From a phage: 64,000 nt of DNA. This document shows, piece by piece, positions 59,236 through 64,000 of the stretch (its first letter is position 1; each line of letters opens with the position of its first letter). The stretch lies in sequence record PZ445473.1; one strand, 5' to 3'. The notes under the pieces are model-generated. The model was not told where the DNA came from and searched no databases. It was given only the letters and a program-made list of their open reading frames with translations. The position numbers and the translations under genes were made by a program.

Positions 59236-60144
59236 TTATGCCGCCTGACGTGCCGCCATAATTTCAGCCGCTTTACGCAATACTTCTTCCTCTTCTGCTT
59301 TCGCCGCTTGTTCGGTACGGGTAGCAACCGTTGAAGAGATACGACCGCGCAGACTTTCTAACTTCTCTTGCATAGCTGCGATGGTCTTTTCCATTTCATC
59401 AGCGTATGAATCCAGTGATTCCAATTCCTTGCTTGATGCGTTCATCAGATAATCATCCGAGATCGCTACCGTTGAGGCCGTCACTTTCTTGATGAGTGAG
59501 TCGAATGACTTCTTAACCTTGCCGACTTCTTCACTTAAGGCAATAGTGTTATCACTGGTAGCGCCGTTGCGCTCATCGGCCAACAATTTTGCTTCAATAC
59601 GGATTGCATTCAAGCGTTCAACTAAAGCGTAAATATCCTGATTAAAATCTTCCTTGTTTTTCGCCGGGATTTGCAGATGGGCCGCCACGTTGTCATTGCA
59701 ACCTTTATAAAAGTTAGGATTATCCACTTCAATTGCACGACCTAAAGCAAAATTCTCGAAAGCATTCGACCAGCGAGCGCGGTTTTGTTCCATTTTGGCC
59801 TTAATTTGCGCTTCTTTCGCATCTTCTTTCGCTTTCGCCTCGCCTTCCAGATTAATCCATTTTTTACGACCGTTCGCCGCCTCGGTGTTAAACTTGATTG
59901 GAGTTAAGAAAGTAATTGCAGTGGCAATAACATCCATATCGCGGAAACGTTCAGTTAACAGAAAATCGACCGCCGCTTGCAATACATCTAACTTTTTACC
60001 GTTGCTGCGAAAGTGCTGCAAATGCCCTAAAAGGAAGTTAGAAACATCTTGTTTAATCGCCGCGTTATTTTTGCGGATGTTGTTTGCCAGCGCGTTAAAA
60101 CCGGATTCTTTTACCAGATTAAAAACTTTAGCCATGATATTCAC
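59236..60144 (-). CDS. hypothetical helical protein
   Basis: 302-aa ORF; GC- and CpG-rich by eye. Confidence 0.45.
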   Translation of the reverse strand: MNIMAKVFNLVKESGFNALANNIRKNNAAIKQDVSNFLLGHLQHFRSNGKKLDVLQAAVDFLLTERFRDMDVIATAITFLTPIKFNTEAANGRKKWINLEGEAKAKEDAKEAQIKAKMEQNRARWSNAFENFALGRAIEVDNPNFYKGCNDNVAAHLQIPAKNKEDFNQDIYALVERLNAIRIEAKLLADERNGATSDNTIALSEEVGKVKKSFDSLIKKVTASTVAISDDYLMNASSKELESLDSYADEMEKTIAAMQEKLESLRGRISSTVATRTEQAAKAEEEEVLRKAAEIMAARQAA

Positions 60145-61062
60145 CTTTCAATTATAAGGGCACTATTGCCCCGCTCGCTATGAGCTTTTAAGCCATTATT
60201 GACTTAGCTATAGTCACTCACTAATAAATAACTATAGGTAAGCGGAGCGGTCTTATCAGGAGTTAACCTTGCCGCTCCCTTATCCGTGGTCTTTCATCTG
60301 GTGGATTCAATTAATCGCTATAAAGAAAGCCGATTTGCCAGCGATGATCAATCACCACAATAAGGCTAGTGTGTCCGACCCTAATTAGTTACAATAATGC
60401 AACCGTCGGCAATATCGTTTACTTTGCTTTCGCTCCCGCCTATCCTTTTATATCAGCTCTTTATCGCTAGTCATCGCCCACTACGGGATACTATTGCGAA
60501 AAAGTCACTAACCGCCTATTATTCCGGCGTTTTATATCTTTCAACGGGTTTACTACATTACCCGACTATGTACTTTCATCATCAGACGAATCTCAAGCCG
60601 TTCGCATCGTAAACGTTCACACTGACACCTTATTGTTAAATAGCAATTCGCTACTCTTTAACCGTTCGCCGCCGCTCTCAATTGAGCGTTAATTCGTCGG
60701 GATTGCCTACCCTGATCAACTTCTTTCACCGTAGCGCCTTTTTAGCTAGGCCGCCGCTACCCATTAACCGTGGGCGATTAGTTTTAGCCTTGCGTGCACT
60801 CGATGAATCCGCTTATCAGTGGTGACGTTTCCAGTTAAGGGATTGTAAAGCTGTTTACCCTGATAATTTAGGGAGCTTTACGCCGTTTTATCTGGTATGT
60901 TTTCCGATGGTCATTATCATCCAACATATGCAACCGATATAGGGGAACGTTTAAATTATTAAAGAGCGGTAAATCTGTCAGTGTGCTTTCTCACACTACG
61001 CAACTGTTAGCCGTTGTGTCGCTTTTTCACTGAAGCGGTGATTTGCTTAGTGACTTGTGCTC

Positions 61063-61091
61063 ATTATGAACCATGTTGTTTTAGTTGTCAA
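61063..61091 (-). promoter_or_regulatory. sigma-70-type promoter (minus strand): -35 TTGACA, 17-bp spacer, -10 CATAAT
   Basis: Plus TGTCAA 61086-61091 and ATTATG 61063-61068; A-rich tract upstream on minus strand. Confidence 0.5.
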
Positions 61092-61372
61092 TCACTTTTT
61101 TAATCTTTTTTCGTCGCTCCCCTTATTGGGAGGATATATCAATCAGCTATATTTGATTGAAGATTAAGCGATGAATGCTTAAACTTATGATTCATATTTT
61201 TAAAGAGCGGTGGAGCATTTACAGCTTAACACGTCGTGTTAGCTTGTCAATCTCTTTTTTTATCGTCTTCTTTGATTCTCTTCCCTTATCTCGCTTGATT
61301 CTATGCGAAAGGGCAAGACGATAATTTTTTAAAGAGCGAGATGTTTTAAGTCATCGCTGACCTTGTACACTC

Positions 61373-61400
61373 ATTATAGGTTAGGCTTTTCAGTTGTCAA
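61373..61400 (-). promoter_or_regulatory. sigma-70-type promoter (minus strand): -35 TTGACA, 16-bp spacer, -10 TATAAT
   Basis: Plus TGTCAA 61395-61400 and ATTATA 61373-61378; A-rich tract upstream on minus strand. Confidence 0.55.
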
Positions 61401-62052
61401 ATACTTTTTCAAGTATTTTTTCACTTTCTAGCCTGATTTTTAAAGAGCGGGGCAATTTCTTGCCTTGTATGTTTTACATCGTACCCGATGGAAATGAGTA
61501 TACGCGAGCCTTTAGAAAGTGCAATAGGGGAAAGCAAATTATTTTAAACTTTTTCACTGTAGGGAAGATAGAAGAGCGGGCTGACGTGGTACACCATAGA
61601 AAACGGCTTGTAAAGCGATAAGAAACGGCCTTGAACGCGCTACAGTGAGCTAAAAGGGAGTAAGGAATACAACCCCCTTAGAAAAGAGAAAAGCCTCATG
61701 GTGAGGCTTATGGGAATGATTTAAAGCATCAGATAGATTATGACCGCAGAACAGACCACGGGAAACGTGCCAGATAATGCGGTAGTAATATTCCACTTAA
61801 ATAATCATCAACTCATAAAAGAAAAGAATAAAAGAAACGCTGAAAAAGAAAAGAATAAAAGAAATAATCATCCACTTTATTAATATATACATCATTATTG
61901 CACTCATAATTATCACCATTGAAACTATTATCAACGTAACTATGGGGATGGCGATAGTTGCTATCCGGTATTAATAGCCTCGATATAATCAAGCCTTTAC
62001 TAGTTCGTTATCAGTGCTAGCCTTTCCCATACTCTTTAAGGGGGCACTAAAT

Positions 62053-62122
62053 AAACGGGTATTAAATGTATAGGATGGTATACACGGGGCAATAACTGCA
62101 CGGGATAGGGCACGGGAAAAGT
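62053..62122. repeat. clustered ACGGG-core repeats
   Basis: AAACGGGTA, ACACGGGGCA, GCACGGGATA, GCACGGGAAAA within 70 bp; TACACGGG recurs at about 62483 and 62622. Confidence 0.4.
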
Positions 62123-62256
62123 GGAACGTTGAAAAAGAAGGTAAAGGCATTGCCAATATCCCTTTTTTAAATGAGGACTCCCCCTTTTTAACAATTCGCC
62201 GCGGAGTGCCTAGCCCCACTCGGTCAAATCAGAATTTTAAACTCTTATATATAAGG

Positions 62257-62409
62257 ATGAGTATGAATCTGGACACTAAAGAGTTCATTGAGATTGCAAT
62301 AGAAAACAACTTAAAGAAAGTATCAAATCCCTCTCTTCCAGATGGTGAACGGGTAGAAGCAGTCTCTTTAGTATTAATGCTAACTAAGGCTTTACGGGAG
62401 ATGGAATGA
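62257..62409 (+). CDS. hypothetical small protein (first gene of the rightward arm)
   Basis: ATG at 62257 or 62263 after AAGGA; track start 62206 has no RBS. Confidence 0.4.
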   Translation: MSMNLDTKEFIEIAIENNLKKVSNPSLPDGERVEAVSLVLMLTKALREME

Positions 62410-62567
62410 ATCTAATTAAAGTATTTAGACGAATGAAATGTAAGCACAATTACTATCTTCTTCGTAAAGCTTACGGGGATGAAAGAATACACGGGCTATA
62501 CTTATCAACATGGAAATGTAAGGAATGTGGTAAGCTTAAACACAGCACATGGATGGATAGGCCTTAA
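62406..62567 (+). CDS. small zinc-ribbon-like protein (below track size cutoff)
   Basis: 53 aa with CKHN...CKECG; start overlaps the upstream stop (ATGGAATGA). Confidence 0.35.
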   Translation: MNLIKVFRRMKCKHNYYLLRKAYGDERIHGLYLSTWKCKECGKLKHSTWMDRP

Positions 62568-62706
62568 CGTGACTAGGCCTTAACATGATGTCCCCTTTAT
62601 GACATGCCCTTTACTTCAGCGTACACGGGTTATTGGTATGAGGGTAGTCATCAGAGATGACATGGCCTTTACGGGTAGGTCTTATGATGTGCCCTTTATA
62701 CTTCAG
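62558..62706. repeat. iteron-like direct repeat cluster
   Basis: GGCCTTAAC twice; ATGATGTCCCCTTTAT, GACATGCCCTTTAC, GACATGGCCTTTAC, ATGATGTGCCCTTTAT. Confidence 0.5.
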
Positions 62707-62747
62707 AGACAGCTACTACGTAGCGTCGTATTCAGAGGAGAAGAATT

Positions 62748-62969
62748 ATGAATTTAGTATTAGACTTTTTATCAGAGGTTGTGCCTCGCTTTCGTACGGA
62801 GACTTGTGCCTTCGTTAAAATATCCCCTGAAGAATTAGAATGCATTGGTCGTCTGGTTGACTTGGATGACGATGAAGAATTTGATGCAACGATGGAAGTT
62901 AGTAGCCTAGGATGGTTATTCTTCCGAGCGTTCACCACTATCAAACCACACACTTATAAGGAATACTAA
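62748..62969 (+). CDS. hypothetical protein
   Basis: 73-aa ORF with GAGGAG RBS. Confidence 0.45.
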   Translation: MNLVLDFLSEVVPRFRTETCAFVKISPEELECIGRLVDLDDDEEFDATMEVSSLGWLFFRAFTTIKPHTYKEY

Positions 62970-62972
62970 TTT

Positions 62973-63404
62973 ATGTTAGATTGTAAATATCAAGGAGATG
63001 ATATGTTAGATTTAATCCACACTACTCGCCCTAATTCTAAAACTAAAACACAACCATCTACTCTGGAAGTAATTGAATACGAATCTACTAAACATGATCA
63101 CCTCCCTGACTATGCTCGTGCAATGATTGAGATGATTGAAGAAGCTGAATATGAAATGCTCCATGATTACATCACCTCCAAAGATGAATGGCATCGTGAT
63201 GTTCGAATCGAAGAAGATGGTACAGAAATAATTACGTGGGTTCACAAGAGCGAGTTAGTAGACGACGCACTGCGAGACTACGAAAAATTTTTGGTCGACG
63301 GCTCTATTCTTTTAGAGGAAGAGAAGGGTGTAGAACTTCCGTGGGAGGGTGAGACAGTTGCTTTAGGTAAGATGTTTAACCTGTCCGTTGGTGATTGTAA
63401 GTAA
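62973..63404 (+). CDS. hypothetical acidic protein
   Basis: ORF from 62973; a better RBS (AAGGAG) precedes the internal ATG at 63003. Confidence 0.45.
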   Translation: MLDCKYQGDDMLDLIHTTRPNSKTKTQPSTLEVIEYESTKHDHLPDYARAMIEMIEEAEYEMLHDYITSKDEWHRDVRIEEDGTEIITWVHKSELVDDALRDYEKFLVDGSILLEEEKGVELPWEGETVALGKMFNLSVGDCK

Positions 63405-63409
63405 TGTTT

Positions 63410-63431
63410 GCCTCTTTTGGGAGGCTTTTTG
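63410..63431 (+). terminator. rho-independent terminator
   Basis: GCCTC-TTTTGG-GAGGC followed by TTTTT. Confidence 0.55.
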
Positions 63432-63440
63432 TGTTGTTGA

Positions 63441-63454
63441 TAATGTAGAAGGAG
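63441..63454 (+). promoter_or_regulatory. TAATGTAGAAGGAG motif (TAATGTA promoter-like element plus RBS)
   Basis: GATAATGTAGAAGGAG immediately upstream of the ATG at 63461. Confidence 0.35.
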
Positions 63455-63460
63455 TATAAA

Positions 63461-63931
63461 ATGTTTGGAGAAAACGGAGAACTCACACCTGCACAGGTAG
63501 CTGAGATTACAGGAAGATTACCCGGAGTAACGGAAGAACTTGAATCCAAGGGTATGAACCCAAGCAATGGGAAGTTTCAAAAGGGAAATAAATTCGGACG
63601 ACCCAAAGGTAGTAGAGGTAAACTGACACAATTAATGTTGGACCGTGTTGCTGCAAGTCATTTGTCTCCTGATGAAGTGTTAATTCAAATTTACGAAGAT
63701 CCTAATATTCCACCTGATCTTAGATTCAAGGCTGCATCAAAAGTTGCAGATCTGGTATATCCTAAGGCGGCCTCTGTTGAAGTTAAGATTGAGGAAGAGA
63801 ATGTAGTCAACGAAGAATCACTGAATGCACAAATCAAGGACTTCTTGACTGGAGCACTTGGTATCGACGTTATGCCTCCAGAAGACAACTCCGAGGACGC
63901 TGAAAAGGGGGAGGAAGCGGACGAGAGTTAA
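63461..63931 (+). CDS. hypothetical protein, possible DNA-binding/packaging protein
   Basis: 156 aa; basic N-terminal region GRPKGSRGK then acidic C-terminus; terminase role is a guess from position. Confidence 0.4.
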   Translation: MFGENGELTPAQVAEITGRLPGVTEELESKGMNPSNGKFQKGNKFGRPKGSRGKLTQLMLDRVAASHLSPDEVLIQIYEDPNIPPDLRFKAASKVADLVYPKAASVEVKIEEENVVNEESLNAQIKDFLTGALGIDVMPPEDNSEDAEKGEEADES

Positions 63932-64000
63932 GTAAAGGAAAGAAGGGGAGGTTCTTTGACGAAGGGACTTTCCCTTTTCTATTTTTAAACTGGAGGAAGT

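Larger units (their letters stand above)
60945..61585. repeat. degenerate ~110-130 bp tandem units, each carrying a TTTAAAGAGCGG box
   Basis: TTAAAGAGCGG at 60958, 61199, 61328 (GCGAG variant), 61440; GAAGAGCGGG at 61573. Confidence 0.5.

Noticed and set aside
60397-60612. 71-aa ORF inside the gene-free control region
   Set aside because: No RBS, hydrophobic low-complexity translation, and flanked by sequence with no coding periodicity.
60945-61585. Possible CRISPR array suggested by regularly recurring TTTAAAGAGCGG boxes
   Set aside because: The repeats are short and degenerate, spacing is irregular (112-241 bp), there is no longer identical repeat, and the units carry promoter boxes; it looks like a tandem promoter or regulatory array.

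Overview
This window reads as most of a lytic, tailed dsDNA phage genome with two convergent arms and no integrase or repressor. The plus-strand arm (about 1-24,440) is a virion module: scaffold-like protein, major capsid with a candidate -1 frameshift extension, tail fibers with glycine-rich repeats and a C-terminal chaperone domain, T4-type lysozyme, SLT transglycosylase, Gln/Asn-rich proteins and a 1,436-aa internal protein. The minus-strand arm (about 24,480-53,200) carries DNA metabolism genes (family A polymerase with a separate 3'-5' exonuclease, primase-helicase, flap endonuclease, SSB-like, PhoH, ThyX-like, thioredoxin-like, dCTP-deaminase-like, CCA-type nucleotidyltransferase, Dps-like) plus a sigma-factor-like gene. 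It also holds the most interesting block: a contiguous cluster of GGCT-like, ATP-grasp, class-II glutamine amidotransferase and glutamine-synthetase-like amidoligase genes (41.9-51.3 kb). Further right are a tRNA-Arg(UCU) with an adjacent tRNA 3'-half remnant, an accessory island of membrane and exported proteins (55.3-60.1 kb), and a 2.1-kb gene-free control region with host-type promoters and repeat families (60.1-62.3 kb). The gene content and a recurring TAATGTATA motif remind me of phiEco32-like podoviruses, but that is from memory and unverified. All calls are from reading the sequence and ORF track by eye; no searches were run.
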